A stretch of DNA of 64,000 nucleotides from a virus (taxonomy: Duplodnaviria; Caudoviricetes). Each line of letters starts with the position of its first letter. Positions within the stretch are counted from its first letter, which is position 1. The stretch lies in IMG/VR virus record IMGVR_UViG_3300035208_001913, positions 30,994 to 94,993 of that record; one strand, 5' to 3'. This document shows, piece after piece, positions 45,138 through 55,431 of this stretch. The translations under genes were made by a program, and so were the position numbers. The notes under the pieces were generated by a model. It searched no databases. It was not told the DNA's origin and saw nothing but the letters and a program-made list of their open reading frames with translations.

Positions 45138-46472
45138 ATGATTGAAAATAACACTACTATACGAAGTCTTTTTTGTTACTATTTTTATTCATTACTCATG
45201 AACCCCCTAAGACATAAATTTCTTATCAAAGAAAAGAATGTTTTTACTAAAAGAGAATATGTAATTTATACAGTAATAGAAAAAATGATTGAAGATGATG
45301 ATAATCCTATTGAATATCCTATTGTTCTCTATGAAATGAAAGTAAAAGATTGTGATGTAGATTTCAATTACGTTATCAAACAAGCAAAAGAGGGAACAAT
45401 AACAACTGATAGAATAGATTCTTATTTTAATACTCTTTATAGAGAATATAGAAATGATTTATTTCGTAATACTAAAAGTACTAAAGACATTGAATTTGCT
45501 ATCAGTGAGGCTGAAAAGATACAAGAACTTACTGATAGTATATTCATAACTGCTGCTGATGGTTTTAATATGCTATTAAGTGAAGAATTAGCAATAGAAA
45601 ATTTAAATACCGGATTAAACTTTTTTGATAAAAAATTATATCTATCTAATGGGATTTTAATGTTAGCTGCTGGTAAAGGTGCTGGAAAAACTTCTGTAGT
45701 TGTTGATTTAATGAAACGCATTCTTGTCAATCATAACAAAGATAAAAATGTTTGTATTCAATGGAATTCTATGGAAGATGAGATTAGAATGATAATTGCT
45801 AAGATGATAAGTTCAGAGGTAGGAATACCTGCTAAGTTACTTATAAGAAAAAATAGTAGATTCAAAGAACATCATAAAATAGAAATGCTTAGGTCTGTAA
45901 TAAGTGGATTTGATATAGAATTTCAAGATAGGCAATTATCAATGAATGAAATATTAACTAACTGGAAAGTATTTCTTAAACAAAGAAAAAAAACTGATAA
46001 TCCTCAAAAACCTACTTTTCCTATACTTATCATTGATAATATAATGCAACTTACAGACCATGGCAATAAACAAAATCAAACTGCTGATGATGATTATATT
46101 TGTAATAGAATAAATGTTTGTAGAAATGAAGCTAAAAAATTATTTGGTACTTCATATCTTATAATTGTCTTACATCATATAGGAAAAGAGAATTTCGCTA
46201 AAGATAATCTTAAAAATGCTTTTATACCTGACGATAATTCTATTAAAGGAAGCAGTCGATATAGTGATTTACCCACAGTAGGCTTATTATTACATTGGTT
46301 TGGAGTTAAAGATAATCTATTACAAGAAATGAAACCTTTTTCTAAATATCTTAAAAATCTTTTGTATGTTAGCTGTTTTAAAAATAGATCAGGCGGATGG
46401 ATTGGAAATGATAGACTTTTTTTAGATTTAGATTTTAATATTACTGGTAATTATTTAGAATTTAAGGAATGA
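45138..46472 (+). CDS. dnaB: DnaB-like replicative helicase
   Basis: AAGKGAGKT Walker A, SME, IIDNI Walker B, IKGSS, KNRSG motifs. Confidence 0.75.
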   Translation: MIENNTTIRSLFCYYFYSLLMNPLRHKFLIKEKNVFTKREYVIYTVIEKMIEDDDNPIEYPIVLYEMKVKDCDVDFNYVIKQAKEGTITTDRIDSYFNTLYREYRNDLFRNTKSTKDIEFAISEAEKIQELTDSIFITAADGFNMLLSEELAIENLNTGLNFFDKKLYLSNGILMLAAGKGAGKTSVVVDLMKRILVNHNKDKNVCIQWNSMEDEIRMIIAKMISSEVGIPAKLLIRKNSRFKEHHKIEMLRSVISGFDIEFQDRQLSMNEILTNWKVFLKQRKKTDNPQKPTFPILIIDNIMQLTDHGNKQNQTADDDYICNRINVCRNEAKKLFGTSYLIIVLHHIGKENFAKDNLKNAFIPDDNSIKGSSRYSDLPTVGLLLHWFGVKDNLLQEMKPFSKYLKNLLYVSCFKNRSGGWIGNDRLFLDLDFNITGNYLEFKE

Positions 46473-46897
46473 ACATAATAAGTATAAGTCAACCAATGCA
46501 ATATTTGAATATTCTTATAAAGGCTGTTGACAATCAACCATCTTTAGATATTGTTAATAAGATAGTAATACCTTTTGATATTACTGATACAGATAATAAA
46601 CTTTTTAATCTGCCGCCACATCTTATAACTGTTATTCTAAATAATGAAGTTATTACAGCAAAATTAATAGGAAAAGATATAAACGTAAATGTCTACACGC
46701 TACACACAAGTAATTTGATAAATTTAAACTAATAATTATGAAATTTAAGGAATTTTTAAAGAATGAATACCCTGATAGTTACGAAGCTTTTGATATGGTA
46801 CTAAGTGATTTTATGAAAAATTTAATATTTAAAGCTATTGAAGAATATACTACACTTATGCGTATAACAAACGGAACAGGAATACTACCTAAAAAAG

Positions 46898-47416
46898 ATG
46901 AATAGAACAGAAATAATGACATCTGAACAATTTCGGGAAGCTCTTAATAATGGTTCCATAAAAGTAGGTACAAAAGGTAAACTAAAAGACAAAGGATTAA
47001 AACAATTATTTAGAGACCCTATGAAGTTACCAACTACAGAGAATAAACGTGTAAGAAATGCCAAAAAGGTGCTCGATATAGAAGGGAATGTTATCGCTGA
47101 CTCTAAGTTAGAGTTTCAACTTAAAAGTGCTTTACAAACGCTTAAAATCAATTTTACATTTCAAGAAAAATTTATACTTATACCTAAATGTTATGACCGT
47201 TATACTAAAAAGAATATTCAGGAAACATCATGGACCATAGACTTTGTATTTAAAGAAAAAAAGGTAGCTGTTGACTGTAAAGGTTGGACAACTGAAATCG
47301 CAAAATTAAAAATGAAACTATTCCGTTCAATTTTTAGTGAATGGGATATAATATTTGTCAAAAATTTAAACGAACTAATGAAAGCAATCGAATTTATTAA
47401 TAATAAAAAAAATTAA
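46898..47416 (+). CDS. DUF1064-like PD-(D/E)xK endonuclease/resolvase
   Basis: DSKLE...Q.KF.L...IDF...VDCKG. Confidence 0.7.
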   Translation: MNRTEIMTSEQFREALNNGSIKVGTKGKLKDKGLKQLFRDPMKLPTTENKRVRNAKKVLDIEGNVIADSKLEFQLKSALQTLKINFTFQEKFILIPKCYDRYTKKNIQETSWTIDFVFKEKKVAVDCKGWTTEIAKLKMKLFRSIFSEWDIIFVKNLNELMKAIEFINNKKN

Positions 47417-47417
47417 A

Positions 47418-48335
47418 ATGGAAATAAAAACAGAAGATTTAAAGAATTATCGCCCGGCACATATTGAATTTGTAGTTAACACTTCAAGTTGTCTATTGCC
47501 AGAGCATATTGTCCTTCCTGAAGGTGAAATAACTGCTGATGTAGTTATTGAGCACATGGAAAGAATGTTTGTAACAGAAAATCATGCATTAACTGTTGAC
47601 AGAGTAATGGATCATGTAGAAAAGACTGAAATCCGTAAAAAGATAAATAATATTCTTGAAGACCTACTTCCGGTCCTTGAAGAAGATGTTTTAAAGAAAA
47701 GTGTAGCTGCTAAAGAAGCTAAGAAAGAACTTGATAATGCCTTAACTCATGTAGCAAATTATGACCTTGAAGCTAAAGTATTAGCTAAAACTGTTAAAGC
47801 CGGTGTAGTTGAAATGAAATTAGACCAAAAGTTTACTTGGAGAATACCATATAAAGGTACTTTCTATTATTATACATTCATTGATAAAGAAATGAGGTTA
47901 GTAAAAATCAGTGAAATGTCTCCAAAGGAAAGACAAGAATTATTTAATCAGGCTAAAATCAATGAAGATTATTTTGACCATGGCATATTAAAAAATAATA
48001 CTGTCAGTGTTTCTAATGATGATTTTGTACAAAATTCTATTGATGCTATGCAAGGAATAATTGATAATAGTGATAGTTTTAATAGAATTGAAATTACCGG
48101 TACCGGAATAGATAGTACTATAATTGTTGAAAAACATGAAGATTTTGACACAACAGAAGTAGGTAATGTAAATAACGAACATGGTGGTAATCATGAAGCA
48201 CCTATTATAGAAGAAAGTAGTACGACTATGAATATTAATACTGAAGAACCTACTTTTGAAAATGGTGGTAAATCATTAAAAGATACTCTTAAAAAGAATG
48301 GCAAGACTGCAACACAAATTAGGAAGAAAGAGTAA
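47418..48335 (+). CDS. Hypothetical protein
   Basis: 305-aa ORF co-oriented in the operon. Confidence 0.6.
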   Translation: MEIKTEDLKNYRPAHIEFVVNTSSCLLPEHIVLPEGEITADVVIEHMERMFVTENHALTVDRVMDHVEKTEIRKKINNILEDLLPVLEEDVLKKSVAAKEAKKELDNALTHVANYDLEAKVLAKTVKAGVVEMKLDQKFTWRIPYKGTFYYYTFIDKEMRLVKISEMSPKERQELFNQAKINEDYFDHGILKNNTVSVSNDDFVQNSIDAMQGIIDNSDSFNRIEITGTGIDSTIIVEKHEDFDTTEVGNVNNEHGGNHEAPIIEESSTTMNINTEEPTFENGGKSLKDTLKKNGKTATQIRKKE

Positions 48336-48561
48336 TTACGTTTATTTATTACAAAACTCCTATCACAAAGCGGTGAGAGCGAAAGCTCTCCTGCGTGATG
48401 GGTTTGCTTGTACTGTTTGTAAAAGAAGAGATTTACCATTAGAACTACATCATATTAAATATTGGGTTAATGGAGTTAATATAGTAGGAAAAGAATTAGA
48501 ATATATGGATTATATTACCATACTTTGTGAACAACATCATAAACAAATACATAAATTATGA
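48298..48561 (+). CDS. Small HNH endonuclease
   Basis: RDGFACTVC...LELHH...LCEQHH. Confidence 0.75.
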   Translation: MARLQHKLGRKSNYVYLLQNSYHKAVRAKALLRDGFACTVCKRRDLPLELHHIKYWVNGVNIVGKELEYMDYITILCEQHHKQIHKL

Positions 48562-49283
48562 ACGAAGACACCTACCTATTAGGACTACTAATTGATAATG
48601 ACAGAGAAGTTGAGGAAGCAGAAAATAATAATGAATAAAAATTAAAAATTTAATAACATGAACAACATACAAATAGCAGCCAAACTTTACGATTGTAGAG
48701 ATACTGCAAAATCATTATTCAAAGAGGAATACAAAACAAAATTACAGCCTTATACTCATATTGTCAAAGAAGTAATGAAGGCTAATAAATTGGAAGTAAT
48801 ACCAGCGTTGTTGAAAATTAGTAAAACAGCAACTTATCAAGATAGCGGAATAGCACAAATGATGTTTATGGCTGCCGTTGAAGAACTAATTGAGCAACAT
48901 TAATATTTGCAATAACATGAAACTAAACCAATTCAAATACAAAACCGTTATAGATTTAGGCTTTATTGATGAAGTGAAAAGTGATACTAATTACTTCAAT
49001 GAGCATGGATACGAATATTCTATTATTACTAAAAAACTAACTAAACTCATTTATCTTGACTGGTGTAAAGAAACTAAAGAATGTGAGTTAATACGACTTG
49101 ACAACCTCAAAGAAATGAATATAGTAGCACGTTTACAAATCAGAGATATAAATCATCTGCACGAAGTAATTAATTTTTTTACTAATCAATTTCCGAATTA
49201 CGATTACTCAAAATTAGCATAATAAAAACAAATAACAATGTTTTGTGCCACATAACTTTTTTAAAACTAAAACCAAAGTAAAT

Positions 49284-49709
49284 ATGAAACCCACCCTCTA
49301 CATCATATCAATATTCCTCATCTTTGAATTTGGCAGAATATCAACTACCCTTGAAACATTGCCGATACAAAACACAGACACCCTGTTTTTCTCTACGGAG
49401 CTGAACGATGTCAACTTACTTAATGCTTTGGAGTGCTTCGAGGCGAAAGCAAGCCACATAGTCCTAAAACAAGCTAAATTTGAAAGTGGAAATTATACCT
49501 CACGTCTTGCAGTTGAGGATAAAAATATTTTCGGGCTTTTTAATTCTGCTTCGGGAAAATACTATATATTTGAACATTGGATTGAAAGCGTTTTGGCTTA
49601 CAAGAATTTAGTTCAGAGAAAATATAAGGGCGGTGATTATTATAAATTTCTTGAGGAGTTGCCCTATGCGAGTGATGGAAATTATTGCGGGAAGGTTAGG
49701 GGGATGTAA
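49284..49709 (+). CDS. Glucosaminidase/FlgJ-like (GH73-type) peptidoglycan hydrolase with N-terminal hydrophobic anchor
   Basis: QAKFESG...NIFGL...YASD.NY; ATG 49284 preferred as start; its TAA is the first TAAC core of array 1. Confidence 0.7.
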   Translation: MKPTLYIISIFLIFEFGRISTTLETLPIQNTDTLFFSTELNDVNLLNALECFEAKASHIVLKQAKFESGNYTSRLAVEDKNIFGLFNSASGKYYIFEHWIESVLAYKNLVQRKYKGGDYYKFLEELPYASDGNYCGKVRGM

Positions 49710-49843
49710 CGGTTGGTGGCTTGGCGAAGTACCGCCTTGCAGAATGTTCAAATATAGTACAAAGGCTTGTGGCGGTATTTTGCCAAACCACTGTTATAAG
49801 CCGTTTTTATTCGTGTTTGGCTTAACAATTTAATTTAAAAACA

Positions 49844-50149
49844 ATGTCAGTATCATTAAACGCAACAGCTTATTCAAGCAAAGAAAGCAAGGAATTTCAG
49901 AAACATTACAACGCTGTAAAATTCTGTATCGAAAACGAATTGTCGTTCCCAAAAGAAACCTCTGAATTTTTCAAAGGCAAACTTGGTGGCGATGATTTGG
50001 AAGACATTAAATCCGAAGCGATACTCGGTTATTTAGATAATGGGGTTTCAATTGAAATGCCTTTCAGATATTTCAGAGGTTCAGAAGTTCAAATCAATGT
50101 TTCTGAAATTCCGTCAGGTGTCGATTTAATTGTTGTGAAGCTGTCGTAA
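49844..50149 (+). CDS. Cassette M1 gene, hypothetical
   Basis: 101 aa, between gttataagccgtttt and aaaatggcttataac. Confidence 0.7.
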   Translation: MSVSLNATAYSSKESKEFQKHYNAVKFCIENELSFPKETSEFFKGKLGGDDLEDIKSEAILGYLDNGVSIEMPFRYFRGSEVQINVSEIPSGVDLIVVKLS

Positions 50150-50223
50150 AATGGCTTATAACGGATGTGTGTATGGCACGTTGCTTACACTTAACTTGAC
50201 TTGAAACACAAAACTTTAATAAT

Positions 50224-50400
50224 ATGGAAACAGATAATTTGAAACACGAAAAGCAATGTGCTATACACGATGTTATATACAGTCGTTATTTGGAAAAGAT
50301 TGAAAAAGAAAGGCGTGAAAAGCAGGTAATGTTAGACTTGTGGTATATGGCAACAAAAGGTAAGCAAGTTGTGTTGTGCGTTGGAAACGATTGTATATAA
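50224..50400 (+). CDS. Cassette M2 gene, 58 aa; not in the ORF track (copy at 56459-56635)
   Basis: METDNLKHEKQCAIHDVIYSRYLEKIEKERREKQVMLDLWYMATKGKQVVLCVGNDCI; starts in the hairpin loop and stops in TAAC. Confidence 0.6.
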   Translation: METDNLKHEKQCAIHDVIYSRYLEKIEKERREKQVMLDLWYMATKGKQVVLCVGNDCI

Positions 50401-51988
50401 CTACCCGCTAAATATAATAACATATTTTATATCTTTATTAAAAATAAAATCACTACTTTTTAAACCTATTATAAATAAATTACCCTTTTAAAATGAAAAT
50501 AATCTTTCAAATAGTCGTATCTAATGAAAAGGACACAATAATCGATAGTGTTAAAGTAATGATACCTATTAATGATATAGATAATAGCTTTACAAGGCTT
50601 AAATACCTATTAATTAAAAAATTCAATATCCCATCAAATTACACAATAGATTTTGGAGTTACAAATAATTATAAATTTGCAAAAATGAACTACATAGGAG
50701 CACGGCTAAGAAACGAAATAATATCAATAATCAAAGAAGTAAAAGAAAGCGGGCAAGATTACAGTCTTGACCTTATAGCAAGTAAGTTGCATAGTGAAGG
50801 TAGGATAAGCAAATGTCATTATAATAGGCTTAAAGAAGATGAGATGTTAAGAAAAAGAATTTTGAATAATGTAAATAAATAAATAAAATTATGAGATATT
50901 TAGTAAGTTTTTTAGAAAATAATATAAGAAAATCTTTTTATACGAACTGGTATGAAAGTTCTAACAACTTCGATATTGATTTAGATATGATTGTATTTGA
51001 TTTCTCAACTCATAAATTTAGTGTTGATGGTATTAACTGGATAGATATAGAAGAAGATCACTTGTAAATAAATAAAAATTATGAAAAAAGATAATCTATA
51101 TTTGCCGAGCAATGGGACTGAAGGTGATGGATTTATGTCTATATGGTGCGAAAACTGTAAAAAAGATACAATGCTTAGAGGCGGTGAAACACAATGTTCA
51201 ATACTTACTAATGCACTTGTTAAAGGATACGTAAAGCAATGGGTGTATATTGATAATGTACCTATTTGTACGTCATTTGTAAAAGTTGGTACTATACAAA
51301 AGCATAAGAAACGTATTGCTAAAAATCAAATAATAATAGGAGACTTATAAATTATGAAAACAACCTACTGTGGAGACACCACTATAAAATGCAGACATAG
51401 AGATAAAGACGTTTGCAAACAGACAAAAGATTGTAGTCTTAAAAAAGATTGTAGTCTTAAAATAAGTGAAAAAGAATTTGATGCAGAATGCGACCATTAC
51501 TTTCCTGCAACAAATAAAGGATACTTACCTTGTGAGTTTTGTGGTAAAATTAAACCTGAATAATTATGAAACTCCAAACAGGTAAAACGCTTACAGAGCT
51601 TGCAAGGCTCTATGAGATAGAGGCAAAATATAATGAATTATTAAAACAGTTAAAAAATGATTAGAATAGTAGGAAAAGTAATCGTTAAGACCATGCCAGC
51701 TTCATGTTCTGAATGTTCATTCATTCAAGAGGACTGGAAGTGTATATTAACCGGATACTTCTACACTTCTTATGTTGACAGAAATCCACTTTGTCCTCTT
51801 AAATCAAAAGATAATAAAAACAGGTGTTATTCGCCTAACTGCCAAAGAAATGCACCTGTAAATGATATATTTTGTAAAAAACATAGATAAATAATTAACC
51901 CTCTTAAAACCTTCTCACTTGTATAGGATAAGTGCACAGCGAAGCCGAAAACTGTATAGAGTAGGCAAAATTTTAAATAATTAAAAGT

Positions 51989-52960
51989 ATGGAAATAGAA
52001 AATGTATATTATCTGCAAAGTGGTAGAATATTTGTCGCTAAAACAGATGATAATAGATATATTGAATTTACCGAAATGAGAGACGTAAAGACTGATTCAA
52101 AAGAAAATGAAGAAGTTAGAAATACGCAGGACACACGAATAATTTGGAAGCATTTAGATAAGTTTACAAATAAATGGTTAATGACTGTTTCCACTCAAAT
52201 TGGGTGCACTCATAAATGTAAATTTTGCGATGTCTCATTATTAAAATTTGGCAGAAATTTAACAGAACATGAAATATGGTGGCAAATAGACCAAATTATA
52301 AAATGCACTCCTTACGTTACACAAACAAACAAAGCAAAGATAGGATTTGCCAGAATGGGTGAGCCTGCTCATAATTTTTTAAATGTTTCTGATATTATCT
52401 GCAATTTGAAAGGATATAAAGGGTTTAATTGGTTGCCTTGTTTTAATAGTATTTTACCGAATAAAACAATACAGGGGATAACTTCTACTGATATATTAAT
52501 GAGAATGATTAATATAAAGGAAAGTATTTATGATGGTTTTTTACATTTACAACTAAGTATAAATTCAACAGATGAACAGAAAAGAAAAGAGTTATTTGGG
52601 GGTGCTTCCGTTATGGAATTGGAAAATATTATAAACCTTGTTAATAAATCAAATATTTCAAATAGAAAAGTGACATTGAATTTTATCGTTATGAAAGGCG
52701 TTCCTGTTGATGTTTCTGTACTTAAAAAAATGAATATAAATTCAGATAAAATTATTGTCAAATTAATTCCTTTAAACCAAACTGATATTGCTCAAACATC
52801 AAATTTAGAAACATTTGCAAATTACTCAAATTACGAGGTATTACAGCAACTTAGAGACGATTTTAAAAAGGAAGGTATAGAAACTGTTGTAGATACTATT
52901 GCACGCTGTGAAGATGCCGGTTTATGTTGTGGACAAATAATACATACTCATTATGAATAA
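51989..52960 (+). CDS. RlmN/Cfr-like radical SAM protein (copy at 58224-59195)
   Basis: VSTQIGCTHKCKFC, RNL...EI..QI, MGEP, LIPLN, CGQ motifs. Confidence 0.8.
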   Translation: MEIENVYYLQSGRIFVAKTDDNRYIEFTEMRDVKTDSKENEEVRNTQDTRIIWKHLDKFTNKWLMTVSTQIGCTHKCKFCDVSLLKFGRNLTEHEIWWQIDQIIKCTPYVTQTNKAKIGFARMGEPAHNFLNVSDIICNLKGYKGFNWLPCFNSILPNKTIQGITSTDILMRMINIKESIYDGFLHLQLSINSTDEQKRKELFGGASVMELENIINLVNKSNISNRKVTLNFIVMKGVPVDVSVLKKMNINSDKIIVKLIPLNQTDIAQTSNLETFANYSNYEVLQQLRDDFKKEGIETVVDTIARCEDAGLCCGQIIHTHYE

Positions 52961-53609
52961 AAATATAAGTATAATTACAAATTTTGGATGTCGGGCAAAT
53001 TGTTGGTACTGTATATGGAAAGGACACCCCTACGAAAAAGTAAACCTTAAAACAGATTGGAATAAATTAGAAAACTTTTTATCAGAATATAAATGTAAGG
53101 GAAAAGTATCTGTTTCTGGCGGTGGTGATTGCCTTTATAGATATGATGAATTTGTAGGATGGTGGGTAAAATTATTACAAATTACTAATTCATTAAATAT
53201 AAAATTAGATATTCATACAAGAGAAAAATTTACAAAACAATCTTTTTGGAAAAATAATGTTAACCGTTGTGTATTTTCGAGTGATTTTTTTGATACTGAT
53301 AAAGAATGGTTTGAATATATAATAAATTTTACAAAACTTAGAATTACTCACGTTGTTACTGAATTTTCTACTATTGAAAATACACAAAAATATATTGATT
53401 TTTGCAAAGAAAATAATTGTCAATTTACATTAAAAGAATTAGTATCATTTAATGATAATGGCAATTATAAATTATTTAAAGAATTATTTAGTAATGAGTT
53501 TTTTCTCGATGGTGGTGATTATAATATTTACTATTTTCCTGACAATTCTATTCAAGAAAAATTTATTTCCTCAGCAACAACATCAAACAATAGCGGATAT
53601 AGATTATAA
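52953..53609 (+). CDS. Radical SAM protein (copy at 59188-59844)
   Basis: CxxxCxxC (GCRANCWYC), VSVSGGGD. Confidence 0.8.
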   Translation: MNKNISIITNFGCRANCWYCIWKGHPYEKVNLKTDWNKLENFLSEYKCKGKVSVSGGGDCLYRYDEFVGWWVKLLQITNSLNIKLDIHTREKFTKQSFWKNNVNRCVFSSDFFDTDKEWFEYIINFTKLRITHVVTEFSTIENTQKYIDFCKENNCQFTLKELVSFNDNGNYKLFKELFSNEFFLDGGDYNIYYFPDNSIQEKFISSATTSNNSGYRL

Positions 53610-54215
53610 CTTTCCAACAGCAAAACCAAAAATGAAGCTAACAATATTACCACCCCACCAGATTTTCTTTCTCTTAAGTTCACCAGCATACGCATTTTGA
53701 GCATTCTCATATCCCACCTGCCACCTGTCAGATTGCATCTGAATAACATTATTCTTTACCTGTAATGTATCTATTCTATTTCCCTGTATGTCTATAATAG
53801 AATCAGCTTTTGATAATTCTATACGAGTTAATTTCAATATGGTATCAGTTGCTATTGCCTGTTTTACTTGTTTTTCAGTAAAGCCAATAATAGTATCGTT
53901 TTCACGTGGCACTAATACAACAGAATCAAAAACAGCAATACAACTTTCTATGGTTTCCGCAAAAGTCAAACTATCTACATAAACAGTAACAGTCTTTATA
54001 GTTTCATGTACTTTGTTTTTAGATGTTTTAAGGCTGTCTATTGAATCTGATTGTAATTGTAGTACATTGTTTAATCTTGCAATAGTTATGCTGTCCTGTG
54101 AATTGTCAATAGTTGTGGTGGGCTTTTCAGTAAACTCATGCCAAGCGAATAAAGCAATTATAATTACTAAGGCTGTAATGATTATGTTTTTGAGGGTGTT
54201 ATTATTTATTGTCAT
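53604..54215 (-). CDS. Membrane-anchored coiled-coil protein, spanin-like candidate (copy at 59839-60450)
   Basis: N-terminal TM segment, coiled coil, C-terminal hydrophobic tail. Confidence 0.45.
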   Translation of the reverse strand: MTINNNTLKNIIITALVIIIALFAWHEFTEKPTTTIDNSQDSITIARLNNVLQLQSDSIDSLKTSKNKVHETIKTVTVYVDSLTFAETIESCIAVFDSVVLVPRENDTIIGFTEKQVKQAIATDTILKLTRIELSKADSIIDIQGNRIDTLQVKNNVIQMQSDRWQVGYENAQNAYAGELKRKKIWWGGNIVSFIFGFAVGKL

Positions 54216-54534
54216 TTTCTTCTTTTTTAGTATAAGTACCTGATGTTGTTATTATTGTATAGTCAATAGGTTTATAATCTGATGTTTGGCAACCGTACAT
54301 TACTACTGTTGGTTGGACGTTAGGAAATGGGTACGGTGGGTATGTTTTTTTAGGTAGTTTTTTTATCCAGTCCTCAATATTCTTTTCAGCTTCTTTGTCA
54401 GCTTTTGGCAAGTCATTTTCTGATACTTTTTCAAGTTCAGTAATAACATCATTGATTACTTCTTCTAAAGGTTTGTCCTTTGATACGGCTTTTAAATATC
54501 CTTTAATCCAAAAAATAAATTCTTTATATTTCAT
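54202..54534 (-). CDS. Hypothetical protein (copy at 60437-60769)
   Basis: 110 aa; TACATTTG promoter element at 54560-54567 on the minus strand. Confidence 0.6.
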   Translation of the reverse strand: MKYKEFIFWIKGYLKAVSKDKPLEEVINDVITELEKVSENDLPKADKEAEKNIEDWIKKLPKKTYPPYPFPNVQPTVVMYGCQTSDYKPIDYTIITTSGTYTKKEENDNK

Positions 54535-54599
54535 AATAAAATAATTTTAATATTTATTGCAAATGTAAGGAAAGTTTTTGTATTTTTGTAAAATAATAT

Positions 54600-54671
54600 A
54601 GCGAGGCGGTTGTTGGTTACCCGCAAGGCTCATAACCTTTGCTCTCGTGAGTTCGATTCTCACCCTCGCAA
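54600..54671 (+). tRNA. tRNA with CAT anticodon (Met/fMet or Ile2)
   Basis: gcgagg/cctcgc acceptor with 1:72 mismatch, aagg-ctcataa-cctt anticodon arm, gtgag-ttcgatt-ctcac T arm; no encoded CCA. Confidence 0.75.
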
Positions 54672-54673
54672 CT

Positions 54674-54703
54674 AAGCTCTTTATTGACGTAAGGAGCTTT
54701 TTT
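54674..54703 (+). terminator. Intrinsic terminator after the tRNA
   Basis: aagctc...gagctt hairpin followed by a T run. Confidence 0.6.
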
Positions 54704-54808
54704 ATTTGATTACAAACTCACTTTACCGTTGTTTTTTGCTTACTTTCCGCACCTATACTGCAATAGCTTATTTGATTGGAAAAATTAACAATTTTTTATT
54801 AAATTTAT

Positions 54809-54839
54809 TTTGATATATATAATATATATATTATCTTTG
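54809..54839 (+). promoter_or_regulatory. Bacteroidota promoter TTTG-N19-TATCTTTG heading cassette array 2 (copy at 61044-61074)
   Basis: Consensus elements ending 11 nt before the first TAAC (54850). Confidence 0.7.
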
Positions 54840-54907
54840 CTGAAATTATTAACTATTAGCGGTATATTGTTGGGATTTTTACGGATTAAAAACATAAATA
54901 TAATTAT

Positions 54908-55183
54908 ATGGACAAAAATGTATTAAAAGGCATAGCAGAAAGAAAACTTGAACACATGAGACACGGATGTTTTCGTGGCGGACTAAATCACTTCTTGGAC
55001 ACGGGTTCGATTAATGGCAGTTTTCTTGATGCCTTAAATGAATTAGCTGAAGAAATAGTAAAAACCTGCAATATACCGCCTGTTATAAAATCGGTTTGCG
55101 AGTTTTGTGGACACGAACATTTAATGCGTGGCAAAAATGGTGTGTGGTGTGAGGAATGCCTTAAAAAGCAAACTGTTTTATAA
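54908..55183 (+). CDS. Cassette M3 gene with C-terminal zinc ribbon (copy at 61143-61418)
   Basis: CEFC...CEEC; stop codon inside TAAC. Confidence 0.65.
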   Translation: MDKNVLKGIAERKLEHMRHGCFRGGLNHFLDTGSINGSFLDALNELAEEIVKTCNIPPVIKSVCEFCGHEHLMRGKNGVWCEECLKKQTVL

Positions 55184-55431
55184 CGGTGCGTGTATGAAAC
55201 GTGGTGGGATAGAAACCACCTAACTATCAAAATACAAATAACTTAATAGAATGGAACAAACTTTAAATAACGCAGAAACCCCACCATGTTTTATACACGG
55301 TGTGTGTGCCCCGTTTTTATTTAGAATTATTATAAATATACGATTAAATGTAAAATAATTGCTTTTTTATTTGGAAATTACAATTATTCGTTGTATATTT
55401 GTAGGGTAATAATAAATTAAAACTTTGAATT

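Larger units (their letters stand above)
49707..50417 (+). mobile_element. Integron-like cassette array 1 (modules M1, M2 and terminal site)
   Basis: TAAC 49707 / GTTA 49793 / TAAC 50159 / GTTA 50272 / TAAC 50398, each interval bounded by its own inverted arms. Confidence 0.8.

Noticed and set aside
49232-49257. taacaatgttttgtgccacataac as a further cassette site
   Set aside because: Too short and lacks paired arms; at most a remnant.
49633-49833. ORFs running across cassette sites (49633-49833, 56140-56439, 62375-62665, 62901-63104, 5' part of 63524-63868)
   Set aside because: They use alternative starts, overlap better genes and cross the TAAC boundary; probably incidental open frames.
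51426-51462. 18-bp tandem repeat (KDCSLK twice)
   Set aside because: A simple in-frame slippage duplication.
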